DNA of 64,000 nucleotides from the NCBI GenBank assembly GCA_963714835.1, contig CAVQPX010000007.1, forward strand, positions 83,426-147,425, written 5' to 3'. Positions 9,296 to 19,725 of the stretch are shown here, one piece after another (the stretch's first letter is position 1; every line of letters begins with the position of its first letter). Below the pieces are notes generated by a model. It was not told where the DNA came from and searched no databases. It saw nothing but the letters and a program-made list of their open reading frames with translations. Source of the DNA: an uncultured Chloroflexia bacterium. Its GTDB lineage: Bacteria > Chloroflexota > Limnocylindria > Limnocylindrales > CSP1-4. Position numbers and translations under genes: made by a program.

Positions 9296-10447
9296 CTACC
9301 TCTGCCCGGCGGCGACGGCCGATCGGAGCGAGGAGACGAGGGCCTCGGCGACGCGCACGACATCGAGACTGATCGCAGCCGAAGGTTGATCGAGAACGAA
9401 CGGAACGCCCTTGTTGTTCGCCTCGACCACCAGGCGACCATCGGACTGGATGGAGTGCTCCGGAACGCGGCCGAGGGCATGAACGAGGTCGTCGTGCGCG
9501 ATCCCGCCGGCCGAGTCGGCCCGGTTGACGAGGTACTGGACCTTCGTCGCGGAGTAGCCGATCGAGCGGAACGCGTCGGCCATCGCGATCGTGTTGTGGA
9601 TCGTCGTCGAGTCGTAGGTCACGAGCTCGATGACGGTGTCCGACACGTCGAGGAAGGCAAGGTTGATGTCGTTGATGACCGGACTCGTGTCGATGATCAC
9701 GACGCTGTAGATGCGCCGGAGCAATGACAGCGTCTTGTCGATATCGCGCGTCGTGACCATCTCGGCCATCTCGACCCGCGGCGGTGCGAGCAGGATGTCG
9801 ATCCCCGATGGGTCGCGCCAAAGCACGTCCTGCAGATCGGCCTCGGTCACGCGGTCCGTGGGCAGATCGAGGATCGACGGCGCGTCGGTCGGGACCTTGA
9901 GGAGCGATCGCAGATCGCCGAACTGGAGGCTTCCGTCGATCAGGACCGTGCGGTGCCCGAGTTGCCCCACCGCGACAGCCAGATTGAAGGCGACCGTCGT
10001 CTTCCCGACACCGCCCTTCGGGGCGAAGATCGTCAGCACGCGAGACCCCGCCGCGACCGAGCTCGCCGCGAAGGACTGGCGGACCTGGGTGATCGTCGTC
10101 ATCAGGTCGTACGCCGAGAACGGCATCGCGAGGACGCCGTGGACGCCGGCCTCCTCATCGACGTCGACCGGGGTCTGCGGGACCGTGAGCACGATGACCG
10201 GCACGGGGTACCCGGAGGCCTGGATCTGCTGGACGAGCGCCGGGCCTTTCAGGCGACCCTGGAGGAGTGCGTCCACGAGGACGACGTCGGGGCGCAGTTG
10301 TTCGACCTGGGCAACGGCTTTGGAGCCGTCGGTGATCACGTCGAGCAATTTGACGGCGGCCTGTGTCGCCAGCAACCCACGGATGAACTGCGCGACCTGC
10401 GGAACGTCCTCGACGATGAGGAGTCGGGTCGGATCGGGTGAAGCCAT
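9296..10447 (-). CDS. CpaE/TadZ-like protein: receiver-like domain fused to a ParA/MinD-type ATPase
   Basis: Start ATG 10447 (MASPDPTRLLIVEDV...). N-terminal REC-like fold; deviant Walker A FAPKGGVGKTTVAFNLA. This is the same architecture as Tad-locus CpaE/TadZ or Ssd-like proteins. Confidence 0.75.
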   Translation of the reverse strand: MASPDPTRLLIVEDVPQVAQFIRGLLATQAAVKLLDVITDGSKAVAQVEQLRPDVVLVDALLQGRLKGPALVQQIQASGYPVPVIVLTVPQTPVDVDEEAGVHGVLAMPFSAYDLMTTITQVRQSFAASSVAAGSRVLTIFAPKGGVGKTTVAFNLAVAVGQLGHRTVLIDGSLQFGDLRSLLKVPTDAPSILDLPTDRVTEADLQDVLWRDPSGIDILLAPPRVEMAEMVTTRDIDKTLSLLRRIYSVVIIDTSPVINDINLAFLDVSDTVIELVTYDSTTIHNTIAMADAFRSIGYSATKVQYLVNRADSAGGIAHDDLVHALGRVPEHSIQSDGRLVVEANNKGVPFVLDQPSAAISLDVVRVAEALVSSLRSAVAAGQR

Positions 10448-10502
10448 GGCGGCGAAGATACCACGCAGCCGATCGGCAGGAATGGACCCCGAAGGTCCCG
10501 CG

Positions 10503-11291
10503 TCAGACCCGGACTGCCAGCAGGATCGCGCGCTCGCTCGATGCGTCGATCTCGGCCAGATCGTAGCCACCGGCGAGGGTCTCGACCTCCAGTCCGACGT
10601 CGCCGGCCAGACCGACCAGCTCATCGGCCGATATCAGGCGCAAGCGATCCTCGCGCACCCATCGGATGGGCGGCTCGCCCTGGTCGCCTTCCTCGTAGCG
10701 GGTCGTGAGTTCCACGATCTGGCTGGTCGCATCGAACTGTGCGGAGCTCGACTTGACGACGAGCCGCCCGGACTCGGGATCCCGGCGCGCGTACTCGAGC
10801 ATGATCCGGCCGTCGAAACGGGCGAGATCCTCGGCGTCGGGCTGCCAGACGTCGACGACGGCCAGGCCGCCAGGCGCGAGATGGCGGGCGAGCGTCGCGA
10901 GCGCGCTCCGCTGACGTTCGCGTGATCCCAGCAGGAACAGCGAGTTGAGCGCGATGAACGCCAGGCGAAACGTCCCGGCAGCGGGCGATCGCAGATCGAG
11001 AAGATCGGCCTCGACGAGCTCGAGCGATCCTGGCACGGCGATGTCCTCCGCTGCGAGTGAGCGACGAGCCCGCTCGAGCATCGCCGGGTCGTTGTCGACA
11101 CCGGTGGTCGCGAAGCCCGCAGCGGCCAGCCGGACGGCGAGCCGGCCGGACCCACAACCAAGCTCCAGGATGGGGCCGCCGGTTCGGTCCGCGAGCGCCA
11201 GGTACAGGTCCAGGTCGCCGGGCTCCTCGAGGAGGTCCACGTCATAGAGGCGCGCCAGGGCGTGCCGTTCGGGAGAGATCGGGGGCGTCAC
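10503..11291 (-). CDS. Class I SAM-dependent methyltransferase
   Basis: Motif I ILELGCGSGRLAVRLAAAG followed by VDNDPAML. The start is set at GTG 11291 (GTGA overlap with the upstream stop). Confidence 0.75.
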   Translation of the reverse strand: MTPPISPERHALARLYDVDLLEEPGDLDLYLALADRTGGPILELGCGSGRLAVRLAAAGFATTGVDNDPAMLERARRSLAAEDIAVPGSLELVEADLLDLRSPAAGTFRLAFIALNSLFLLGSRERQRSALATLARHLAPGGLAVVDVWQPDAEDLARFDGRIMLEYARRDPESGRLVVKSSSAQFDATSQIVELTTRYEEGDQGEPPIRWVREDRLRLISADELVGLAGDVGLEVETLAGGYDLAEIDASSERAILLAVRV

Positions 11292-12161
11292 CGTCCGATG
11301 GTACCCGGCACACCGCCTGGGACAGGTCGGCGTGTCGCCAGGCCGTCTGGCACAGGGACCCACTCGCCGCGTCGAACGAGCACGTCGCGCAGGCGTGCCG
11401 GCTCGTCGGACATCAACCCATCAACTCCGAGATCCAGCAGCCGCTCCATCTCGGCGCCGTCGTCGATGGTCCACACATGGAGCGGGAGTCCCTCGCGGTG
11501 GGCGCGATCGACCAGGCGCCGGTCGACGCGCGCGATGGACCCGAACGTCACCGGCACCTGGACGCATCGGGCGCCCGAGGCGGCGGCCGCCGCGCGCACG
11601 TCGAGGGTGGCGCGGGATGGGCCAGACCAGAGCCGCGATCGAAGCCACAGGGCGGCCACCTCGACACGGGTCAGCGACGTACAGCCGGCCGATCCGAAAC
11701 GGTCGCGAGCCGCGTGCACCCGTCGCGCGTCGAACGACCCGATGCACACGCGATCCGCGACGCCGCGCTCCTCGACGATGTCCAGCAGGGGTCGGACCGC
11801 TGCGTCGTGCTTGGGATCGATGTTGATCCGGACCTCCGGCCAGGCGTCGAGCAGCTCCTCGAATTCGCGGAACAGGCTCACGGCCGTCGATCCGCGCCTT
11901 CGCGATGTCACTCCACGGCAGCTCCGCGACGAGCCCGCGCGCGTCGGTGACTCGCTCGAGCCGATCGTCGTGGAAGGCGACGAGGACGCCGTCGGCCGTT
12001 GCATGGACGTCGGTCTCGAGATAGCGGAACCCGAGCGCGACCGCTGCTGCGAACGCGGCCATCGAGTTCTCGGGCGCGGACCCCGCGCCGCCTCGATGCG
12101 CGAAGGCGATCGGGCCGGGATGATCGAGGAATGGGTGAACGATCGCCCCGGTCGCGGACAG
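11288..12161 (-). pseudogene. Glycerophosphodiester phosphodiesterase, frame-broken
   Basis: The N-terminal half is in one frame (HPFLDHPGPIAFAHRGGAGSAPENSMAAFAAAVALGFRYLETDVHATADGVLVAFHDDRL...). The C-terminal half is in another (...FREFEELLDAWPEVRINIDPKHD...HVWTIDD...). The break is around 11866-11880, and start-to-stop length is 1 mod 3. No ATG, GTG or TTG lies upstream of the catalytic HRG motif; the only candidate start is CTG 12161. Confidence 0.7.
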
Positions 12162-12165
12162 CGGC

Positions 12166-13227
12166 TCAGCGCTCCCAGCGGACGCGCTTGCCGTCGCGCT
12201 TCTTCACGGCGAGGGCGCTGATCGCCTCGAGGGCGGCGCGGTTGCCGGCCATCGCGGTGACCTCCGCGTGGTCATACGGGGGCGACACCTCCACGACGTC
12301 CATGCCCGCCAGCTCCACCTGGCCGACGATCCGGCGGATCGCCCGGAGAACCTCGCGCGGGAGCATCCCCCCGGGCTCCGGCGTTCCCGTCCCGGGCGCC
12401 ATCCCCGGATCGATGACGTCGATGTCGAGCGACAGGTAGACGTAGTCGGGGCCATCGAGCGCCTCGGCGATCGCGTCGTCGATGACGGCCTCGGCGCCGC
12501 GCTCCTCGATCTCGGTCATGAAGTGGTAGCGGAGTTCGTGCTCCTTCATCCACTCGAAGACGTCGACCGGCGGCCAGTAGCCGCGCAGGCCCACCTGGAC
12601 GAAGTTGCGCCCCTTGACGGCCCCCGATTCGATCAAGCGGCGCATCGGGGCGCCGTGGCCGGCGAGGACGCCCCAGTCGTCGGCCGCCGTGTCCGCGTGC
12701 GCGTCGAAGTGGACGATGCCGATGCTCCCGGGCTTGCGCACCTCCGCCACCGCGGTCGCGGACGGCCACGTGATCGAGTGGTCGCCGCCGAGGACGATCG
12801 GGATGGCGCCCGTCTCGGCGACCTCGAGGACCTTGCGGTAGATCAGGGCGTGCGCCCGTTCGATCCAGGACGGCACGATGTTGGCATCGCCGGCGTCGAC
12901 GACGTTCAGGACCTCGAACGGCTCGATGCCGAGCTGGAGCGAGTTGATCGAACCGGACGTGTACTGGGCCTCGCGGATCGCCCGCGGCCCGAATCGCGCC
13001 CCCGAACGATGGCTGACCGCGTCGTCGAACGGGGCCCCGATGATCGCGACATCGACCTCGCGGCGGCGCAGTTCGGCCGGATCCGTGATCCACGGCAATC
13101 TCATGAAGCTGACCGGCCCGACGTAGGTCGGGAGGTCGAAGTCTTCGAACGTCTCGTACTCGGCGTCCCAGCCGTTCAGGGATGCGAAGTCGCCGCCCGG
13201 CGGGGCGTCGTCCTGGCGCTTGGCCAC
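12166..13227 (-). CDS. Agmatinase/arginase-family ureohydrolase
   Basis: Mn-binding motifs GGDHSIT, HFDAHADT and SLDIDVIDPGMAPGTGTPEPGG; 353 aa. Confidence 0.85.
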   Translation of the reverse strand: MAKRQDDAPPGGDFASLNGWDAEYETFEDFDLPTYVGPVSFMRLPWITDPAELRRREVDVAIIGAPFDDAVSHRSGARFGPRAIREAQYTSGSINSLQLGIEPFEVLNVVDAGDANIVPSWIERAHALIYRKVLEVAETGAIPIVLGGDHSITWPSATAVAEVRKPGSIGIVHFDAHADTAADDWGVLAGHGAPMRRLIESGAVKGRNFVQVGLRGYWPPVDVFEWMKEHELRYHFMTEIEERGAEAVIDDAIAEALDGPDYVYLSLDIDVIDPGMAPGTGTPEPGGMLPREVLRAIRRIVGQVELAGMDVVEVSPPYDHAEVTAMAGNRAALEAISALAVKKRDGKRVRWER

Positions 13228-13346
13228 GGGAACCTCCAGGAGATGAGCCGACCGCGAAGAGGCCTCATCCCGGTTGGAGCGCCGCCGGTTCGGATCCGCC
13301 GTCCAGCGGGGCGCCCGCGCATCCTAGCACCGCCGCAACCGCGCGC

Positions 13347-14588
13347 TCAGCCCGCGACGCTGGCTCGGAACTCGGCCCAGGCGGCTTCGCGCAGCGCCGG
13401 ATCGACGAAGAGTTCGTAGGCGGTCTGCGCGATGAGCGTCGCCGCGAGGAGCGTGGTGGCATCGCCGGCCGGGCTGACGGCTGCCTCGCGGAACTCGATC
13501 GAGTGACCCGAGGTCCCCTCGGGCGCGATCGCGAGGTCCGGGTGGATCGTGGGACAGACCCAGCTCACGTTGGCCATGTCGGTGCTGCCGAAGCTCGGGT
13601 CGTCGCCCTGGTCCTCGATGCCGTAGGCGGCCATGTTCGCCCGGAACCGCTCGGCGAGGACGAGGTTGTTGTTCATCACGGTCGCGCCCCCCGAGTACGT
13701 GACCTCGACGGTCGTCCCGGTCGCGCGCGCCGCGGCATCGCACAGCTCGTTGAAGCGCGTCTTCATGTGCTCGTAATAGGTCCGGTCGGGGCTGCGCAGC
13801 ATGAGCCACGCGGCAGTTCGTCCCGGGATGATGTTCGCGGCCGTCCCGCCGTCGGTGATGATCCCGTGGACCCGCGACTCCGGGCGGAGCTGCTGGCGCC
13901 ACAGGCCAACGGACGTGAACAGGGCGATCATCGCGTCGAGCGCGTTCCGCCCCTCCCAGGGATCCGCGGCGGCATGCGCCTCACGACCGTGGAACACGAT
14001 CTCGACGTCCTCCGACGCGAGCGTCCGACACGCGACGTGGTTCCGATCGCACGGGTGGTACAGCAGGGCGGCGTCGATGCCCTCGAAGATCCCCTCCTCG
14101 ATCATGATCGCCTTGCCGCTGCCTCGCTCCTCGGCGGGGGTACCGAGGAACACGATCTCGCCGTCCAGCTCGGGGGCTACCGCGGCGAGCGCGATCGCGG
14201 CCCCGACCCCCGATGCAGCCATCGTGTTGTGGCCGCACCCATGCCCGAGTCCGGGCAGCGCGTCGTACTCGGCAAGGATCCCGATCCGCGCCGGACGGCC
14301 GTCTGCCGCTCCCCCACCCTGCGCGGTTCGTACACCACCGTGGAGCGTCGCCCGAACCGCCGTCTCCAGGCTCCCTACGGGGATCTCGACGGCGTAGCCG
14401 TGACGCGCGAGCGCGTCGGCCACCCATCTGGCTGCCTGACGCTCCTCGAACGCGGGCTCGGGCGTCGCGTGGATCGCGTGCGAGAGCTCGAGGATCTCGA
14501 CCCGTGCAGCCTCGACGGCCGCAGCGATCCGTTGCTTCGCGTCGGCATGTGGTTCGGCGGGTCGGGTTGACGTGAGGTTGCGGGACAC
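13347..14588 (-). CDS. M20-family amidohydrolase (AbgB/HipO-like)
   Basis: LAEYDALPGLGHGCGHN and FLGTPAEERGSGK motifs. The start is set at GTG 14588, preceded by GAAGGAGG at 5-nt spacing. The longer track ORF (to 14975) overlaps the upstream gene. Confidence 0.8.
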   Translation of the reverse strand: MSRNLTSTRPAEPHADAKQRIAAAVEAARVEILELSHAIHATPEPAFEERQAARWVADALARHGYAVEIPVGSLETAVRATLHGGVRTAQGGGAADGRPARIGILAEYDALPGLGHGCGHNTMAASGVGAAIALAAVAPELDGEIVFLGTPAEERGSGKAIMIEEGIFEGIDAALLYHPCDRNHVACRTLASEDVEIVFHGREAHAAADPWEGRNALDAMIALFTSVGLWRQQLRPESRVHGIITDGGTAANIIPGRTAAWLMLRSPDRTYYEHMKTRFNELCDAAARATGTTVEVTYSGGATVMNNNLVLAERFRANMAAYGIEDQGDDPSFGSTDMANVSWVCPTIHPDLAIAPEGTSGHSIEFREAAVSPAGDATTLLAATLIAQTAYELFVDPALREAAWAEFRASVAG

Positions 14589-14656
14589 GAGACCTCCTTC
14601 TGGAGCACGGTCGATGGCCGGCGTGATGAGCGACGAATCGATCACGGTGCGGCCGG

Positions 14657-15031
14657 TCAGCGCTCGACCGAGAGCGCCGACTCGGCGACAAGGACCATCG
14701 CGACGACGAAGAGCGCGATCGGGAGCTGGAAGATCTGTTCGACGCGTAGCAGGACGAAGAGCCCCACGACGATCGCCACCCAGCCGCCCCGACGGGCGGC
14801 GCGGATCCAGTCTCCGCGATAGGCGAGGCGCCGGTGCCGTCCGAAGACGGCGAGCCAGAACAGCGGCACCGTGGTCAGGCCCATGGCGATCCCCATCGCC
14901 GCAGCGCCGATGATGCCGGCCATGCGGTCGGCGAGCGGATCGAGGGTGGTCACGATGATCCCCACGACCACCCACGCGACCCCGGCCGCGGCGAAGAGGG
15001 CCAGATTCGTCAGCCGATCGCGGGCATCCAT
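14657..15031 (-). CDS. Small integral membrane protein (hypothetical)
   Basis: ATG 15031 gives 124 aa with about four hydrophobic helices (LALFAAAGVAWVVVGIIV..., GIIGAAAMGIAMGL..., WVAIVVGLFVLL..., IALFVVAMVLVA...). It sits directly downstream of the HAD gene. Confidence 0.6.
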   Translation of the reverse strand: MDARDRLTNLALFAAAGVAWVVVGIIVTTLDPLADRMAGIIGAAAMGIAMGLTTVPLFWLAVFGRHRRLAYRGDWIRAARRGGWVAIVVGLFVLLRVEQIFQLPIALFVVAMVLVAESALSVER

Positions 15032-15041
15032 GCGTCCGAGT

Positions 15042-15863
15042 CTAAGCGGTCGCATCGCCTCCGGGCTGATGCTCCAACTCCTCGAGCGCCGCCTCGAGGT
15101 CGTGGATCGATCCCAGGTCCAACTCGACCGTCGCGGAGTCGTCGCGCTCGCTCGACGGCAATGGTGAATCGTCGGGCCGCGTCCGGACGTACGCGATCCG
15201 CCAACCTGCGGTGCGGGCGCCGACGACATCCGCCGCCCAGTCGTCACCGACATGCAGGATCCTGTGCGGCGGCGGATCGCCGAGTGCCGACCGCGCCGCC
15301 GCAAAGATCGCCGGGTGCGGTTTCACGACCCCGACACGCTCGCTGACGATGATCGCGTCGAGATGGGGCGTCCACCCGGCAGCCTCGGCGTACTGGTCGA
15401 TCGTGGCGGCGAGCGGCCAGTTCGAGACGATGGCCAGGCGCAGTCCGCGCGATCGCAGCCGGCCGAGCAGCGGCCGGATCAGCGGCACCGCCGGCATCCC
15501 GTCGACGAACGCCTGCCCGTAGGCGGCGACGATGTCCGCAACCTCGCCCGGCTCGCTGGAGCCGGCCGCCGCGTCGTCATCCCGACGGTCGTCGGGTCCG
15601 GGCGGTGCCATGCCCCGCAGTCGGGCCAGCACACGGGTCACACGCTCGAACAGGTCGACCTCGCGGTGCTCGGGGACCTCTTCGCGAAACTGGCGTGCCC
15701 GTTCCTCGGCCCAGGCCGCCCGGAAGGCCGCCCGATCCGGGAGCCCCGAGCGCTCTGCGACCACCTCTGCGGTGCGGGCGACGACCGCCTCCAGGCTCTG
15801 TCGGCCGACCGGCACCAGCGTGTTCCCGAAGTCGAGGGTGACCGCATCCAGCACAGCCGTCAT
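15042..15863 (-). CDS. HAD-superfamily hydrolase
   Basis: Starts MTAVLDAVTLDFGNTLV (HAD motif I DxG/DxT type). Later come IVSNW (motif II) and HVGDDWAADVVGA (motif IV). ATG 15863 forms an ATGA overlap with the true stop of the helicase-nuclease at 15860-15862. The track shows it fused into a 1329-aa ORF only because of the upstream frameshift. Confidence 0.8.
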   Translation of the reverse strand: MTAVLDAVTLDFGNTLVPVGRQSLEAVVARTAEVVAERSGLPDRAAFRAAWAEERARQFREEVPEHREVDLFERVTRVLARLRGMAPPGPDDRRDDDAAAGSSEPGEVADIVAAYGQAFVDGMPAVPLIRPLLGRLRSRGLRLAIVSNWPLAATIDQYAEAAGWTPHLDAIIVSERVGVVKPHPAIFAAARSALGDPPPHRILHVGDDWAADVVGARTAGWRIAYVRTRPDDSPLPSSERDDSATVELDLGSIHDLEAALEELEHQPGGDATA

Positions 15864-18800
15864 CGGGCGACGCTGGACGGACAGATCTGACGGAACGGGC
15901 AGTAGCCGCAGGCCATGGGCGTGGGTGTCGCCCCGAACTCGCCCTCCCGGATCGCCGCAGCGGCTCCGGCGATCCGCTCCCGGGCCCTGGCGAGGCGCTT
16001 GGGGTCGATCTCCGAGCGTCCGACGACCCCCGAATCGAGGAAATGCAGCTGAACGGCGTCCGGGAGGCGTCCGGTGGCCGCCTCGTACGCCATCGCGTAG
16101 ATCTGGAGCTGGAGGGATTTCGCGGGTGCGCTTGCGCGCCGTGGCGGCATCGCGCACATCACTCGACTTGTAGTCCGTGATCGTGACGCGCTCGCGGCCC
16201 AGCAGATCAAGGGTGGGGGCGACGACATCGGCGCTGCCTGCCCGTGCGGTCGAGTCCGGCGTTTCGTCCCGGTCCGCCGATGCCGTCGCGTCCGAACGCT
16301 CAGGCGCCTCGATGTCCACCCGGTCCCACCGACCGCGAACGCGCACGCCGTCGATCTGGAACGCGAAATCGCGCTCCACGTAGCTTGGGATCACGGCGTC
16401 CGGTCGCAGCTGCTCTTCGCGAAATCGACGGAGGGACGCGCGCCCGGCCTCAAGGCGGGCCTCCTCATGTTCGCGGGACAGGAAGCCGTCGTTCGTCCAC
16501 GCCGCCTCGAACGCGGCCGTGAGTTCGGACTCGGTCATCACCTCGCCGCGGGCATGCCGTCGGTGGAACTCCTGGACGGCACGATGGAGGGCCGATCCGT
16601 AGATCATCGAGTGATGGGGGGCGATCGGGACCCGCAGCACGTGTCCGTATCGATAGCGCTGCGGGCACGTGAGGTACGCGTCGATCGCCGAGAAGCTGAG
16701 GACGAGCGGCTCTGCCGTCGCATCACGGGCGGCCACGGCCGGCGCCGTCACCGGGGCGCCGAACGCGGCCAGCCGTCCGAGTGCCGCGACGGGCGTGGCA
16801 CCCGCGCCGGGCGTCGCGTCCGCCAGCGGCAGGTCGAGTGCCTCGAGCACGAACGGGGAGACGCGACGGGCTCGCGAGCCGCCATAGTCCGCCGCGTGAC
16901 TCAGGATGAGCGCGTCGCGCGCCCGGGTCATCGCCACGTAGAACAGCCGCCGCTCTTCCTGGAGATGGCCGTCACCGCTCGGCGCGAGCTCGCCGATCAG
17001 GTCGTCCGGGATCTCGAGTGCCTCGCGCCGACCCATCGCAGGGAACCGGCCCGCGACGAGCCCCGGGACGAAGACGATCGGGAACTCGAGGCCCTTCGCC
17101 TTGTGCACGGTGAGGACCGCCACCGCGTCGACTGCCGGATCGAGATCGGCCGTCGCCGGATCGTCCCCGGCGCTGATCAGCGTCGCGAGATGGCCGGCCA
17201 CGAAGATCGCCCGATCGTCCACGAGCAGCGCCGACTGGTTCCGCACGATGTCGAAGAACCGGGCGATATTCTGAAGCGCCTCTTCGCCCGCCGGGTTCGT
17301 CGCCTCGGCAAGTCGCCTGAGCTGCCCCGTGTCGCGCAGGAAGGCGTAGAGGACCTGGCCGGCGGGGCGTTCGTGGGCCATCGTGATGAATCCGCGCAGA
17401 TCGGTCACGAGGCGCTTGACGATCGCCCGCGACGCAGCACTGATCCGCAGGATCCCCGGCTGGCGATCGAGCTCCTCGAGGACCTCCCAGACCGACCGGT
17501 TGCGGCGGCGGGCGCTCGAGACGAGCGCGGTCAGGTCCTCGCCGCCCAGTCCATACACGTCCGACGCGGCCAGAGCGTAGACATCGACGCTCGAGGACGG
17601 GTCCGCGATGGCCCGCAGGAACGCAAGCAGGACCCGGATCTCCGGCCGCTCGTACAGCCCGGAGGTCCCCGAGAAGCGCCAGGGAACGCCGGCCATGTTC
17701 AGGCTGCGCAGGATCGCGTCGGCATCGGCGTTGGCCCGCAGGAGGATCGCGTGATCGGCCGGCCGCGCGCCGCCATCGATCCGGCGTGCGATCTCGGCCG
17801 CGACCCAGTCGGCTTCATCGGACCTCGTCGCGAACGCCTCGTGCCGCACCGGCGCGGCATCCGGCGCGACCCGGACAGCCCGGAGCGTCTTGTTGAATCC
17901 GCCGCGCGCCTCGAGCCGATCGGGATCGTTGAACCGCACGAGCCGGAGGGCAGACTCGAGGATCGGCGGCAGCGATCGGTAGTTGCGGCGCAGGACCACC
18001 GTGCGCGCGCCGCGATAGCGGTCCTGGAACTCCAGGATGTTGCTGATCGCCGCGCCGCGGAACTTGTAGATCGACTGGTCGTCGTCGCCCACGACCGTGA
18101 TATTCCGATGCGGCTCGGCGAGCAGCGCGACGAGCTCGGCCTGGGCCCGGTTCGTGTCCTGGAATTCGTCCACGAGAACGTATCGGAAGCGGGACGCGAC
18201 CTGCTCACGGATCGACGACGACGTCCGAAGCAGTCTCAGGGCGAACGCGACCTGGTCGCCGAAGTCGATGCAACCGCTCTCGGCGAGAAGCTCCTGGTAC
18301 CGACCGAACGCGCGGGCGAGTTCGAGTTGGCGCGCGGCACGCTCCCGGCCGGCCTCATCGTCTGCGGCTACGGCTGCCATCGCGCGTTCGGCGGAGGCGA
18401 GGTAGGCCGCCGGAGCGACGTCCTCGTCCTTGCAGCGCGAGAAGTGGCCGGCCAGCGCCGAGAGGAACCGCGTCGGATCGCCGAGCGGACGATAGAGGTC
18501 GAGATCGAGGGCGAACAGGTGCTCGCGCAGGAAGATGACGACCTCGGCTCGGCTGAGGACCCGGACATCGGTCGGGAGGCCGGCCTCGAGGGCGAACTCC
18601 CGGACAAGGCGATCCCCGAAGGCATGGAAGGTGCTGATCGCCGTGTCCGTGAAGCCGTACGGGACGAGCTGGTCGACCCGGACCGCCATCTCTTCGGCCG
18701 CCTTGTCCGTGAACGTCAGCGCCAGTACCTCTGACGGCGCCGCCCGGCGCGTCGCGACCAGCCAGGCGATTCGACGGGTGATCACCTGCGTCTTCCCGGT

Positions 18801-19031
18801 CCCCGCGCCCGCGACGACGAGGAGTGGACCGGCGTCGTGCGTCACCGCACGGAGCTGCTCCGGGTTCAGGCCGCCGAGCAGGGCATCAAGGCCGGTGGGA
18901 GGATCACCGACCACCGGGGCGACGGCATCGAGGGTCTCGGCCCAGACCGGGATCTGATCCAGCGACATCGGGTCGCGCGCGGCACGCGCTCGGCTCACGA
19001 TCGCGCTCCGAGCCGCAGTTGACTTCGACAT
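15860..19031 (-). pseudogene. UvrD/PcrA-type helicase fused to a RecB/Cas4-like Fe-S nuclease, with one frame break
   Basis: Helicase motifs VVAGAGTGKTQVI, LALTFTDKAAEEM, VLVDEFQDTN and TVHKAKGLEF. The nuclease part has YLTCPQRYRY, GRWDRVD and ITDYKSS. The frame then switches at the AAA run (16118-16120) to ...SLQLQIYAMAYEAATG...ACGYCPFRQICPSSVAR ending at 15860. Start-to-stop length is 1 mod 3. Confidence 0.85.
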
Positions 19032-19068
19032 GCAGGGAGCATCGTCGGCCGCTGTGACACCTAGTCTG

Positions 19069-19549
19069 TCAGACCACTCGCGCTGGGCCGCCCGGGGGCG
19101 ACGTGAGAGCGGTCCGCAGCGCCGCTGCCTCCTCTTCGGAGATGGCCCCCTCGGCCTGACCCGCGGTCACCGACTTCCCGTAGATCCGGGTCCCCGTTCG
19201 TGCGTGGAGCGAGCTCGAGGATGACCCCCGTGCCATCCGCGTCGAGCAGCGCCAGCGCAAAGCTCTGATTGCCGCCGGTGTCTTCGAACGGGTTGAATCG
19301 GACCATCCCGACCCGCTGGACGGCCAGTCGCGTGTCCGTCTCGAGCGTCGACGTTCGAGACGCGAGCGTATCGACGCTCCGCGAGACCGCGAACACCCGC
19401 TCCAGGTGGGCTTCGAGGATCGCCTCCAGGCTGCGCTCGTCCGACCCGCGTGTCAGCCCGTGAAGCCGATCCGTCAGGCGGCTCGTCCGTCGCCACATCG
19501 CGATGAGCATGAGTGCGAGCACGACGACGACCAGCGCGAGTGCGGCCAC
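19069..19549 (-). pseudogene. DUF4446-family protein, frame-broken
   Basis: Frame 1 has an N-terminal TM plus ...QRVGMVRFNPFEDTGGNQSFALALLDADGTGVIL. The second frame continues SSLHARTGTRIYGKSVTAGQAEGAISEEEAAALRTAL. The break is around 19215-19232, and length is 1 mod 3. Confidence 0.7.
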
Positions 19550-19725
19550 GAGGGTCGACAGGTAGGGTCCGATGGCGGCGTCGAGATCGATGGCAGGAGC
19601 CTCCGAGCGGGGTCGTGCGAGTGTAGCGCAGCCATCGCGCGCCGCGGTTCGTCCTGCCCACCGATGCTATCCTTCGGTCCGCGTTGCTCCCGAGCGGCGC
19701 ATCTGCAGGAGGCGGCATCCAGATC

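Noticed and set aside
16467-18734. A 755-aa plus-strand ORF. Similar long ORFs include 29794..31905 (+), 41327..43390 (-), 44407..47094 (+), 57779..59026 (+, upstream part), 21626..22924 (-) and 7086..8513 (+).
   Set aside because: They lie antisense to or out of frame with genes that have clear family motifs. Their translations are Arg/Pro/Gly/Asp-rich with no recognisable motifs. These are typical shadow ORFs of a ~70% GC genome.
15042-19031. A single 1329-aa helicase-nuclease-HAD fusion protein, as suggested by the ORF track.
   Set aside because: Between 16120 and 15863 this frame encodes only low-complexity Arg/Pro/Gly sequence. The neighbouring frame carries the conserved nuclease C-terminus and a stop that is ATGA-coupled to the HAD start. 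The fusion is a by-product of a 1-nt frame break.
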